64,000 nt of DNA from an uncultured Candidatus Saccharibacteria bacterium (GTDB lineage Bacteria; Patescibacteriota; Minisyncoccia; Phycocordibacterales; UBA5272): positions 36,810 to 100,809 of the forward strand of contig CAYXKW010000001.1 in the NCBI GenBank assembly GCA_964464695.1. Reading direction: 5' to 3'. Position 1 is the first letter of the stretch; every line of letters starts with the position of its first letter. This document shows, in pieces, positions 26,965 through 36,239 of this stretch. The notes under the pieces are model-generated. The model saw nothing but the letters and a program-made list of their open reading frames with translations, made no database searches and was not told the origin of the DNA. The translations under genes and the position numbers were made by a program.

Positions 26965-28098
26965 ATGGTAGTAACAATAGTAACGATGATTGCTCTTTTG
27001 TTTTTCGTAGGTATTGTTTTAGTTTCTCGGTTTCTTTATTTACTCATTTCATCACACAATAAAAACTCTATGTTAGCAGATGTAAAAACAAAAGCACTAG
27101 ATGTATTCATCTATCTCGGAATTGGTATATCACTTGTTGTAAGTGTAACAAATTTTCTTCAAGTAATTTTTGCTGCGGTTAATCGAAAGTATGTTGACGC
27201 ACTTAGTTATGGAGGATATGTGGATGCTTCACAGAGTGACGTTCGCTTCGCAATTGCATCACTTGTTGTTATGTTCCCAATTTATATTGGGCTCTCATGG
27301 TATGTAGCAAATGATATTAAAAAGTTTTTATATAAACAAGATATTACCATTCGTAAGATAATGATATATCTTACAATGTTTGTTACAATTCTTACGCTTA
27401 TCGGAACACTGGTCACTGTTATTTATACGTATTTAGGAGGTGAGTTATCTGTTCGTTTTGAATTAAAAGCACTAGCCGTATTTCTTGTGGCACTTTCTGT
27501 TTTTGGGTATTACTATTACTCACTTAAACGTAATTACTCAAAAGCAACATTTGTGCCAATACTGGTGACACTTTTTTCAGTTGCAGTAGTTACTGGAGCA
27601 GTTGTCTGGAGTATTTCTGTAATCGGAACTCCAGAAGAAATGAGAGCTAAAAAAATCGACAGCACTCGATTAAGTGATATTTCTAGAATTCAACAGGAAA
27701 TTTTCAATCGTGTACAAATGACCGATAAATTACCAATGACATTAACTGATCTAGATAATGCTTTCCAGGGTTATCAAGTACCAACCGATCCAATCACTAA
27801 TGAGAAATATGTTTACAAGGTTGTACAACAGCCAGTTGTCAAAATGAATTTTACAACTAATAGAAAAGAAATGACAACGCCAGCTGTGTTCGAGCTTTGT
27901 GCAACTTTTGATACCGTTCGAATGATTGACTCACGAGGTCAGGCAATTCCAGTTAAAGGAGAGCTGTCATCAGCTGATGCTTTTTACTCAGCTTCTAACT
28001 ATTATTACGAAGGAGATCAGTCACCATTTTGGAATCATCAAAATGAGCTAACTTGTTTCAAGAGAATCATATCTACGGATATGTATTACGGAAGATAA
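26965..28098 (+). CDS. DUF5671-like polytopic membrane protein with extracytoplasmic C-terminal domain
   Basis: 377 aa. About 6 N-terminal TM helices, then a soluble domain. A family common in CPR genomes (recognition from memory). Confidence 0.5.
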   Translation: MVVTIVTMIALLFFVGIVLVSRFLYLLISSHNKNSMLADVKTKALDVFIYLGIGISLVVSVTNFLQVIFAAVNRKYVDALSYGGYVDASQSDVRFAIASLVVMFPIYIGLSWYVANDIKKFLYKQDITIRKIMIYLTMFVTILTLIGTLVTVIYTYLGGELSVRFELKALAVFLVALSVFGYYYYSLKRNYSKATFVPILVTLFSVAVVTGAVVWSISVIGTPEEMRAKKIDSTRLSDISRIQQEIFNRVQMTDKLPMTLTDLDNAFQGYQVPTDPITNEKYVYKVVQQPVVKMNFTTNRKEMTTPAVFELCATFDTVRMIDSRGQAIPVKGELSSADAFYSASNYYYEGDQSPFWNHQNELTCFKRIISTDMYYGR

Positions 28099-28122
28099 GT
28101 AGACTACTGTTTATATTACAAA

Positions 28123-28152
28123 AAGGCGGTCGCGTAGCGACCGTCTTTTTGA
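28123..28152 (+). terminator. Rho-independent terminator
   Basis: ggcggtcgc-gta-gcgaccgtc followed by ttttt. Confidence 0.65.
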
Positions 28153-28212
28153 CTGCTACTTGATAAAAGGGTAGAGTACATAAAGTTGTAATTTCCATTA
28201 AAAGGTATCACC

Positions 28213-28884
28213 ATGAATTCAATTCAATTGAAAAGCCTTCTGTCTGCCAGTGAAGCACTCTCTGTGCACGGTCCTAAAGGTTTTACTCTGGCTGTTAACT
28301 TAGTCGGGCATGAGACAGCCTTTGTGCTTCTCGTACATGAAGTAGCAAGAAGTATGCGGAACAAAAGCATGGCTTCAATCATTGATGAACTTTCAATGCA
28401 CGTAGAGCCTCGAGGGCTCTACGTGCACATAAAGGAACATTTGTTCTTTTATATAACAGAAGAAATGGCACTCGATACTTTCTCAGCTCACAGTATCGAA
28501 TGGAACGGTGTTTTGTGGCAAACATGCGAACATGCGTACCAAGCTGCAAAGTTTGATTATGAAGGTGGACACAGTGATATTGTTGACCAAATTAAAGCTG
28601 CACGTTCTCCATTTGTGGCAAAACGAATTGCTCGTGAGCACAAAAACAAAGTAAAGAAAAACTGGAGTAAAGAAAAAGTTGGAGTAATGAGGCAATTCAT
28701 TCGTCTCAAAATAAAACAGCATTATGACGTTAAATCCTACCTTGTGGCAACAGGTAGCAAGATTCTCGTAGAGAATTCTAGAACTGACAGATTCTGGGGA
28801 AGCGGTCATGATTTCACAGGACTTAATCATACAGGGATACTCTGGATGGAAGCCAGAGATGACACAAGGTCGGGGGTAATCTAA
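28213..28884 (+). CDS. NADAR-domain (YbiA-like, DUF1768) protein with about 70-aa N-terminal extension
   Basis: WQTCEHAYQAAKF, SPFVAKRIAREH and DRFWGSGHDFTGLNHTGILWMEAR match the YbiA/NADAR core, including the DxxWGxG-like motif. Directly upstream of leuS. Confidence 0.75.
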   Translation: MNSIQLKSLLSASEALSVHGPKGFTLAVNLVGHETAFVLLVHEVARSMRNKSMASIIDELSMHVEPRGLYVHIKEHLFFYITEEMALDTFSAHSIEWNGVLWQTCEHAYQAAKFDYEGGHSDIVDQIKAARSPFVAKRIAREHKNKVKKNWSKEKVGVMRQFIRLKIKQHYDVKSYLVATGSKILVENSRTDRFWGSGHDFTGLNHTGILWMEARDDTRSGVI

Positions 28885-28968
28885 GAGTTCCTCAATTCGT
28901 AAAACAGCGCCAATTTCGGCACTGTTTTTTCTTTGTTATCTTCTTATCTTTTGATAGTATAGAGAGAT

Positions 28969-31818
28969 ATGAAGCTGTACGATTATAAAAAATGTGATGC
29001 ATATTGGCAGGCAAAATGGGAAGAAGATAAGTTATATGAGACTCCAAAACTGCCAGGTGAGAAGAAAGTCTATGTGTTAGACATGTTCCCATACCCATCA
29101 GGTGAAGGGCTCCATGTCGGTCACCCAAAGGGATATATCGCTACAGATATCTATTCTCGGTTCAAGCGAATGAACGGGTATGATGTACTCCATCCAATGG
29201 GGTGGGATGCTTTTGGTTTACCTGCGGAACAGTTTGCGCTCAAACATAAAGTACAACCACGAGTTGCTGTTGAGAAAAATATAGCAAATTTTAAGCAACA
29301 ACTTTCTCATCTTGGTCTTGATTATGATTGGAAGCGAGAGATTAATACAACTGATTCGGAATTTTATAAGTGGACTCAATGGATTTTTACGAAGCTCTAC
29401 GAGAAAGGTTTAGCATATGAAAGTAATGAGCCGATTAATTGGTGTCCAACATGTAAGACAGGTCTCGCTAATGAAGATCTGAATGGAATTCTTTGTGAAC
29501 GATGTGATAGTGTTGTCGAGAAAAAACCACTCAGGCAGTGGGTGCTTAAGATTACTGACTATGCAGACAGGATGATTAAGGATTTAGATCTACTTAAGTG
29601 GCCAGAAGGTATCAAGACAGCACAGAAAAATTGGATAGGAAGAAGTGAAGGTGCAGAATTTGAATTCAAGCTCACTGATGTAAAAGACCATACAGATGGA
29701 CAGATGTCAGTAAAGGTATTCACAACACGAGCGGATACATTATTTGGCGTAACGTTTGTGGCTATATCTGCAGAAATGGCAAAAACATGGCTAGACGCTG
29801 GATGGGAAACAAATAAAGATGTGACAGAGTATGTTACTAACACACTTGAAGAACAGAAAAAAGAAAATGACTATTCTGTCATTCCAGAAAAAACTGGAGT
29901 ATATTCTGGAGTTAACGCGCTACATCCAGCAACAGGGGAGAAAGTTCCTGTATGGATTGCCAACTATGTGGTTGGGGGTGTTGGAACTGGTGCGCTTATG
30001 GGTGTACCTGCGCACGATGAGCGTGATAATGAATTTGCTAAAAAATATGATTTGCCGATTACCCAAGTTATTCTTCCTGAAACAGGTATTCCTCAGCAAA
30101 ATCCTGAATTACGGAAAAGTATTGTTGCAATTCTTTGGAATAAAAAAGATGATACTTTTTTAAGTATTGATTGGGGCAAGGAAATGGGGGGAAATCTTTT
30201 TATTGGTGGCGGTTTGGAAAATAATGAAGACGTTATAGATTGTGCTATAAGAGAAATTCGTGAAGAAACTGGCTACACCACATTTTTAAACCTTGCGACA
30301 ACATCTGTAATTTATCACAATTATTTTGCGCACTCAAAAAATGTAGGAAGAAGGATAGAAGCAACTGGGTTACTCTTTGAACTTACAGGAGATGAGCAAG
30401 TTCCTCTAGAGCTTGAAGAAAATGAGAAGAATAAGTTTACTGTTACATGGTTATCACGCAACCAAGTCAAAGCACAGATACAAGATGAACTGCACGCACT
30501 TGTGTTTGCTATCATGGTAAACGATACAATTTATACGGGAAACGGCATACTCACTAATTCAGTTACTTGTGATGGGCTAACAAGTGATGAAGCGAAGGTA
30601 AAAATAGTTGAAAAGTTTGGTGGTAAAAAAGTGGTGCGGTATAAATTACAGGATTGGGTTTTTGCACGTCAAAGATATTGGGGAGAACCTTTCCCAGTTG
30701 TTCGGGACAAAGAAGGAAAGGTGTACATGGTAGATGAAAGCGAGTTACCAGTACTCTTGCCTCAAGTAGAGCAATACGAGCCAACAGGAACAGGAGAATC
30801 ACCTCTTGCCGCAATAACTGATTGGGTAAACGTAAAGGGTGTCATCACTGAAAAAGGAACCTTCAAACAAGATCCAAACGGGGAAGTGTTTACTCGCGAA
30901 ACAAATACCATGCCACAGTGGGCGGGTTCATCATGGTACTATCTCAGATTCCTTGATCCTCATAATGAAAAAGCACTTGTTGATAAAGAGATAGAAAAAG
31001 CGTGGGGAGAAGTTAACGTCTATGTTGGAGGGGATCATGCAACACGACATCTTATTTACGCACGCTTCTGGCATAAGTTTTTATATGACATCGGTGTTGT
31101 GAGCACAGAAGAGCCATTTTCTCGACTTGAATTCTTAGGATTTATTCTTGCCGAAGATGGGAGAAAGATGAGTAAGCGTTGGGGGAATATCATCAATCCA
31201 GACGATGTTGTAAATGAGTATGGAGCAGACACACTTAGAGTCTATGAGATGTTCATGGCACCATTTGACCAAACAGCAAGTTGGAGTACTTCGAGTATCA
31301 AGGGGTCAGATAAGTTTTTGGATAAGGTGTACGCACTCTCAAAGAAAATAAGTGATACGAGTACTGTAGAATCAGACCTTCATAAGACAATTAAAAAAGT
31401 AGGGGAGGATATCGAGAATTTTAAGTTTAATACGGTGGTTTCATCGATGATGATACTCCTTAATTCGATGGAATCTGGGAGTTTTACAAAGAGTGACTAT
31501 CTGGTATTTCTGCAATTATTAGCTCCATTTGCCCCTCATGTTACGGAACAGTTATGGAACGATCAGGGTCAAGCTGGGTCTATTCATAAGTCTCCGTGGC
31601 CAACATACGATGAAAGTAAATTACTAGACTCTGTTGTCACTATGGCAATTCAAATTGCAGGGAAGATGCGAGGAACCATTGAAATACAAAGAGATTCTGA
31701 GGATTCGCAAGTTGTAGAGGTTGTAAAAAATCACGAAATGTATAAGAAATATGTTGGGGAAATTGAACCAAAAAAGGTCATCGTTGTGAAGAATAAAATA
31801 GTAAATATCGTCATTTAG
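28969..31818 (+). CDS. leuS: Leucyl-tRNA synthetase containing an inserted Nudix hydrolase domain
   Basis: HIGH-type PYPSGEGLHVGHPKGY. Editing motifs TTRADTLFGV and GTGALMGVPAHDERD. YKLQDWVFARQRYWGEPFP. KMSKRWGN. 949 aa. Confidence 0.95.
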   Translation: MKLYDYKKCDAYWQAKWEEDKLYETPKLPGEKKVYVLDMFPYPSGEGLHVGHPKGYIATDIYSRFKRMNGYDVLHPMGWDAFGLPAEQFALKHKVQPRVAVEKNIANFKQQLSHLGLDYDWKREINTTDSEFYKWTQWIFTKLYEKGLAYESNEPINWCPTCKTGLANEDLNGILCERCDSVVEKKPLRQWVLKITDYADRMIKDLDLLKWPEGIKTAQKNWIGRSEGAEFEFKLTDVKDHTDGQMSVKVFTTRADTLFGVTFVAISAEMAKTWLDAGWETNKDVTEYVTNTLEEQKKENDYSVIPEKTGVYSGVNALHPATGEKVPVWIANYVVGGVGTGALMGVPAHDERDNEFAKKYDLPITQVILPETGIPQQNPELRKSIVAILWNKKDDTFLSIDWGKEMGGNLFIGGGLENNEDVIDCAIREIREETGYTTFLNLATTSVIYHNYFAHSKNVGRRIEATGLLFELTGDEQVPLELEENEKNKFTVTWLSRNQVKAQIQDELHALVFAIMVNDTIYTGNGILTNSVTCDGLTSDEAKVKIVEKFGGKKVVRYKLQDWVFARQRYWGEPFPVVRDKEGKVYMVDESELPVLLPQVEQYEPTGTGESPLAAITDWVNVKGVITEKGTFKQDPNGEVFTRETNTMPQWAGSSWYYLRFLDPHNEKALVDKEIEKAWGEVNVYVGGDHATRHLIYARFWHKFLYDIGVVSTEEPFSRLEFLGFILAEDGRKMSKRWGNIINPDDVVNEYGADTLRVYEMFMAPFDQTASWSTSSIKGSDKFLDKVYALSKKISDTSTVESDLHKTIKKVGEDIENFKFNTVVSSMMILLNSMESGSFTKSDYLVFLQLLAPFAPHVTEQLWNDQGQAGSIHKSPWPTYDESKLLDSVVTMAIQIAGKMRGTIEIQRDSEDSQVVEVVKNHEMYKKYVGEIEPKKVIVVKNKIVNIVI
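30106..30528 (+). other. Nudix hydrolase domain embedded in LeuS (about aa 380-520)
   Basis: Complete Nudix box GGGLENNEDVIDCAIREIREETGY (GX5EX7REUXEEXGU), preceded by a VAILWNKKDDTFLSIDWGK beta strand typical of Nudix folds. Inserted between the editing-domain motif and the NGILTNS...YKLQDW segment. Confidence 0.75.
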
Positions 31819-31891
31819 ATTTTTACAGTATCTAGGCTTGACGTTTTTGGCAAGTTCTGGTAGAATAGATATATTAACTTAATAATTTCAT

Positions 31892-32920
31892 ATGTCAGGA
31901 ATCACCTTTAAACCTAAAGCCGTTTCTAAAAAGCTTCTTACGACGCTTAACCCACGAACACGAGAGATCGTGGTTAATCGTTATGGTCTCGAAAAAGAGA
32001 ACAGAATGACTCTTGAGGCAATCGGTAAGACATATGATATTACTCGTGAACGTGTTCGTCAGATTGAGAACTTCGCTCTTACTTCTATTAAGAAGTCAAA
32101 GGAGTATAAGGAGCATCTTTTTATTTTTGATGAATTACGAAAGACGGTTTCTGAGCTTGGATCTGTTGTTTCTGAGGATCATCTCATGAGACACATCTCA
32201 AAGGATCCTGTAATTCAAAATCATATTAATCTATACTTAGCTCTTGGTGAAGATTTTAAGAAGCATAAGGAAGACGATCATTTCTACTCTCACTTTACAA
32301 CAGATGACAAGACGGCAATGCATGTTCGTGAAGCGCTTTCAAAGCTCTACGGTTCAATTAATGAAGAAGACCTAGTAACTGAAGAAGAAGTGTTCTCACG
32401 TTTTATGGGACACCTTACAGAACTTATTTCAGAGTACAAGGATAACAAGGATATTATCTATAGATATCTAGCGCTCTCAAAAGTTATTGGTAAAAACCAA
32501 CTAAGTGAATGGGGAAGAACATCTTCTCCGCATGTTAAAGCTCGTGGCATCAAAGACTATGCATATCTTATTATGCGTCGAGCTAACAAGCCAATGCACT
32601 TCAAGGATGTTGCACAAGAAATTAATAAAACATTTGGTAAAAAGGCGCATGTAGCAACTTGTCACAATGAACTCATTAAGGACTCACGTTTTGTACTAGT
32701 TGGACGAGGGATGTATGGTCTTAAGGACTGGGGTCACACTGGAGGAGTAGTTCGTGATGTTATCACCGAAGTTCTTAAAGAATCAGGACGACCACTTCCA
32801 AAAGATGAAGTTATCAAACGAGTTCTTGCAAAGAGAATTGTAAAACCAAACACTGTTCTCGTTAATCTTCAAAATACAAAATACTTCCGAAAGGTTGCTG
32901 GAGATTACACTTTGGCGTAA
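31892..32920 (+). CDS. Sigma-70 region-4 HTH / HARE-HTH domain protein
   Basis: N-terminal TLEAIGKTYDITRERVRQIENFAL resembles sigma-70 region 4. C-terminal KDSRFVLVGRGMYGLKDWG resembles the HARE-HTH of RNAP delta-like proteins. Confidence 0.55.
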   Translation: MSGITFKPKAVSKKLLTTLNPRTREIVVNRYGLEKENRMTLEAIGKTYDITRERVRQIENFALTSIKKSKEYKEHLFIFDELRKTVSELGSVVSEDHLMRHISKDPVIQNHINLYLALGEDFKKHKEDDHFYSHFTTDDKTAMHVREALSKLYGSINEEDLVTEEEVFSRFMGHLTELISEYKDNKDIIYRYLALSKVIGKNQLSEWGRTSSPHVKARGIKDYAYLIMRRANKPMHFKDVAQEINKTFGKKAHVATCHNELIKDSRFVLVGRGMYGLKDWGHTGGVVRDVITEVLKESGRPLPKDEVIKRVLAKRIVKPNTVLVNLQNTKYFRKVAGDYTLA

Positions 32921-32967
32921 TAGAAGCTTTTAGCCTTTGGCTATGAGCCGTTAGCCTAAATACAATA

Positions 32968-33000
32968 CAAAAGCGACCTCCAGAGGAGGCCGCTTTTGTG
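32968..33000 (+). terminator. Hairpin terminator within a GCTAA-repeat-rich intergenic region
   Basis: aaaagcgacctcc-agag-gaggccgctttt. Flanked by ttagcc/ggcta motifs (32925-32960) and gctaacagctaacagctaaatgctaag (33010-33037). Confidence 0.5.
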
Positions 33001-33054
33001 TTTGCTAACAGCTAACAGCTAAATGCTAAGTGCTGTTCATGTTATACTTTTCTC

Positions 33055-34602
33055 ATGCAATTTCTTATTGATATAGCACTCGCGGCACTATATTTTAGCC
33101 TGTTTCTTTTGATATGTGCGTGGTCATGGAGGTTTTGGATGATGTATATTAATCAGAAGTATTTGGCTTCACTTGATTGGATAATGCTTGAAGTTAAACT
33201 ACCAAGAGAAATAACAAAGTCTCCTTTAGCCACACAAATAGCCATTACTGGATTTTTACAGTCAGCTGGAGCAAGTACGGTGTATGCAAGAAACTTTGAA
33301 GGCAAGGTTCCACACTTTGGTTCTCTTGAGATAGCTTCTATTGAAGGAGTGATTCATTTTTATATTAGAGTTCAGCGTAGATTTAGAGTTCTTATGGAAA
33401 CTAATTTTTATGCACAATATCCAGAAATAGAAATAATAGAAGCAGAGGACTATACAAAATTAATTCATTTCAACCATTTATCAAAGGACGTTAAATTGTG
33501 GGGGATGACTTATAGAACAAATGAAAAGTGGAAACCAACTAATCCAGATACTGGAAAAGAATACGGAACAAAAGAGAAACCTGTAACAATGAGGGCAGAT
33601 TTTTTGCCAATCAAAACCTATGTTGATTTCGGATTAGACAAAGATCCTGATGAAGAGTTTAAAACAGACCCACTAACACAGATACTTGAAGCGATGGGAA
33701 GTATTGGGAAAGGGGAACATATGTGGTATCAAGTGCTCATCCAGGACGAATCTGTATATGATGGTAAAAAAATGCCAAAATTATACGTGAACTCAGAGAC
33801 TCATGAACACAAAAGTTTACGAGAAATGTTAGATGAACGAAAGAAGCAGATTCGAACATCTCACTTTATTAAACATGGAGATCAAGTATATGATGATTAT
33901 GGGTATGAAAGAGATCCACGAAAAGTAAAAACAGAAGAAGTGGATAAAGATGGTAAGCCGATATTTAAAGAAGTTCCATTGACCTATAACTTAGCTAAAG
34001 ATGGTGTGCTTGAAAAAAATGTAAAAGCAGTCGGTAAAAAAGAGATAGAACTAACACAGGAAGACAAAGATGAATTAGAGGTACTAAACTCTAAACTTAA
34101 TTCACCACTAGCTGTAAGTGTTATACGATTAATTTATGTTGCGAAAAGTGAAAATTTTAATGGTGGCCAAACAGCTACAACCCTTTCGTTTTCTAAACTT
34201 TTTAGTGGTGCAAATAAATTTGCTCCTAACCCTACCGATCCTTATGATTACCCATGGCAAAGGCAAGGAGGGAATCGCGTCTACTGGAGATCAGAGGAAG
34301 CTTTTGAAGCGTATGTTGAACGTGAAGGATTCTTCCCTCACATTAAAGAAAGAAAGAGCCTTGATGAGTGGGAAGACAGATTCTTTTGGTCATCAACGAT
34401 GAAGCAGAGGCGGTTGTTTAGAATGATATACGAAGCAATCTTCTATCCATTCGAACATCCTAGTTCTGAAGGTGTTGCGATGACTCTTAATCTAGAAGAA
34501 ATAGCAACACTTTGGCATCTACCAGGGCTGGTTGCGGCAACACCTACACTTCCTCGTATTGACAGCACTAAAGGTATTGCACCGGTTAATCTTCCTATTT
34601 AA
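33055..34602 (+). CDS. Hypothetical membrane-anchored protein (515 aa), function unknown
   Basis: N-terminal TM helix. Lys/Glu-rich central region. C-terminal EEIATLWHLPG motif. No P-loop or other catalytic motif recognised. Confidence 0.5.
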   Translation: MQFLIDIALAALYFSLFLLICAWSWRFWMMYINQKYLASLDWIMLEVKLPREITKSPLATQIAITGFLQSAGASTVYARNFEGKVPHFGSLEIASIEGVIHFYIRVQRRFRVLMETNFYAQYPEIEIIEAEDYTKLIHFNHLSKDVKLWGMTYRTNEKWKPTNPDTGKEYGTKEKPVTMRADFLPIKTYVDFGLDKDPDEEFKTDPLTQILEAMGSIGKGEHMWYQVLIQDESVYDGKKMPKLYVNSETHEHKSLREMLDERKKQIRTSHFIKHGDQVYDDYGYERDPRKVKTEEVDKDGKPIFKEVPLTYNLAKDGVLEKNVKAVGKKEIELTQEDKDELEVLNSKLNSPLAVSVIRLIYVAKSENFNGGQTATTLSFSKLFSGANKFAPNPTDPYDYPWQRQGGNRVYWRSEEAFEAYVEREGFFPHIKERKSLDEWEDRFFWSSTMKQRRLFRMIYEAIFYPFEHPSSEGVAMTLNLEEIATLWHLPGLVAATPTLPRIDSTKGIAPVNLPI

Positions 34603-34614
34603 TAAATACTAACA

Positions 34615-35520
34615 ATGAAAGAAACGAAACAAAGTACGGTTGTAGGGATTGTTGTGGTCATTTTTCTATTGAGTATTTTTTACGTATATCAGCAACTTTA
34701 CAGAGTTCCTGATAATTTTCCAACTGGAAAAAACTTTACTATTAATGAAAATGAAAGTTTGAAAAGTATTAGTGAAAGATTAGAAGAAGAAAAATTTATT
34801 TCCTCACCAATATTATTTAGAGCAGGAATTTCATTTTTAGGAAAGGATACATCAATTCAACTGGGAGGGTATACTTTTAGCTCACCTCTTTCTTTGTTTG
34901 GTGTTATGACTACCTTTGTACAAGGGAAACCACATTTTCCACTCTTGTCTGTCACTATTCCGGAAGGAACGACCTCGTTTGATATAGCAAAAATTGTACA
35001 TAAAGCACTTCCTGGAATAAATATAGATATTTTCGGGGAGACTGTTTCAAAGCATCTTGCCGATGGTAAGTTATTTCCATCAACATATTATCTATTACCA
35101 TCACATACCGCTGAAGATATAGTTACGCTGATGGTTAAGACGTATGTGAGAAAAACAGAAGCGCTCGGCATAGCATCTAATGTACAAAAACCTCTTACGG
35201 ATGAAAATGATGTACTTACGTTAGCTTCAATCTTAGAAGGTGAAGCAAATACTGAAGTTGATATGAAAATTGTTGCAGGCATACTTCTTAAAAGAATGTC
35301 TATTGGAATGCCGCTTCAGGTGGACGTTGCAATGGAGACATACAAGAAAAAAGGTTTACCGTTTCAACCAATTAATAATCCTGGACTTGTAGCAATTACC
35401 GCAGTTCTTGAGCCAACATCAAGTGATTTTCTGTACTATATAACAGGACGTGACGGTAAGATGTATTATTCAAAAACGTTTGATGAGCATAAGAAAAATA
35501 TTCAAAAATATTTAAAGTAA
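34615..35520 (+). CDS. mltG: Endolytic murein transglycosylase MltG (YceG-like)
   Basis: N-terminal TM. YceG-like domain with LASILEGEA and the conserved catalytic-region pattern. Confidence 0.8.
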   Translation: MKETKQSTVVGIVVVIFLLSIFYVYQQLYRVPDNFPTGKNFTINENESLKSISERLEEEKFISSPILFRAGISFLGKDTSIQLGGYTFSSPLSLFGVMTTFVQGKPHFPLLSVTIPEGTTSFDIAKIVHKALPGINIDIFGETVSKHLADGKLFPSTYYLLPSHTAEDIVTLMVKTYVRKTEALGIASNVQKPLTDENDVLTLASILEGEANTEVDMKIVAGILLKRMSIGMPLQVDVAMETYKKKGLPFQPINNPGLVAITAVLEPTSSDFLYYITGRDGKMYYSKTFDEHKKNIQKYLK

Positions 35521-35590
35521 TTATTTGGTAATCACTTTTGTATCAGATATACTAAACTACTACTATAATAACTAAACAGCAGATCTGACT

Positions 35591-36142
35591 ATGAAATCAC
35601 ACAACCTCGCATTTATCGACACAGAAACAACAGGAACTGATCCAGATACTCACGAAATAATTGAACTTGCGGTTATTGTTGTGAAGCAAACTCCAAGAGA
35701 GGGGCGTGGCCCAAAAATTGAGATTATTGAAGAGTGCGAATGGAAAATTAAGCCGCAGCACATTGAAAGAGCTGAAGAACAAGCCCTTCGAGTGAATGGG
35801 TACAACGAAGTTGACTGGATGTTTGCTATTGATAGAAAGAAAGCTATGCAAGAATTTGCCAAAAAAACAGAGAGCTGTAGCTTCGTGTCTCACAACCTCG
35901 TTTTCGATTACGCTTTCGTTAAAAAAGCATTTGAAGAAACAGAAGTAGAAAGTCGCATGCATTATGCGAAGTTAGATACCATTTCTATGGCGTTCGCACG
36001 TTTATATGACGCTCCACAAGCAGACAAGTTTTCTCTGCGTGCGCTCTGTGAACTTTTGAAGGTAGAAAATAGTAAGGCTCACACTGCGCTTGCTGATACG
36101 AGAGCCCTTGTCGCTGTTTATAGAAAAATGATGAATGCTTAG
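35591..36142 (+). CDS. DEDDh 3'-5' exonuclease (DnaQ/epsilon-like domain)
   Basis: Exo I FIDTETTG, Exo II NLVFDYAF, Exo III HTALADTRAL. Confidence 0.8.
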   Translation: MKSHNLAFIDTETTGTDPDTHEIIELAVIVVKQTPREGRGPKIEIIEECEWKIKPQHIERAEEQALRVNGYNEVDWMFAIDRKKAMQEFAKKTESCSFVSHNLVFDYAFVKKAFEETEVESRMHYAKLDTISMAFARLYDAPQADKFSLRALCELLKVENSKAHTALADTRALVAVYRKMMNA

Positions 36143-36179
36143 AAAGTATTTCACAGCTTTTGAAAAAAGTTGTCAAATA

Positions 36180-36188
36180 TGGTATAAT
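36180..36188 (+). promoter_or_regulatory. Extended -10 promoter element TGGTATAAT upstream of uvrA
   Basis: gttgtcaaatatggtataat. The -35-like TTGTCA is only 7 bp away, so only the TGn-extended -10 is called. Confidence 0.35.
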
Positions 36189-36239
36189 CCGAGAATTGAC
36201 CTAATTTACTTATATGGTTTTTAGGTACTTTGTAACCTA

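Noticed and set aside
30106-30528. Intein as explanation for the LeuS insertion
   Set aside because: No intein splice-junction residues (N-terminal Cys/Ser, C-terminal HN + Cys/Ser/Thr) and no Hint motifs. The segment instead carries a complete Nudix box.
36170-36175. -35 hexamers (TTGTCA / TTGACA) next to the extended -10 elements at uvrA and infB
   Set aside because: Spacing to the -10 is only 7-8 bp, incompatible with sigma-70 geometry. Only the TGn-extended -10 was retained.
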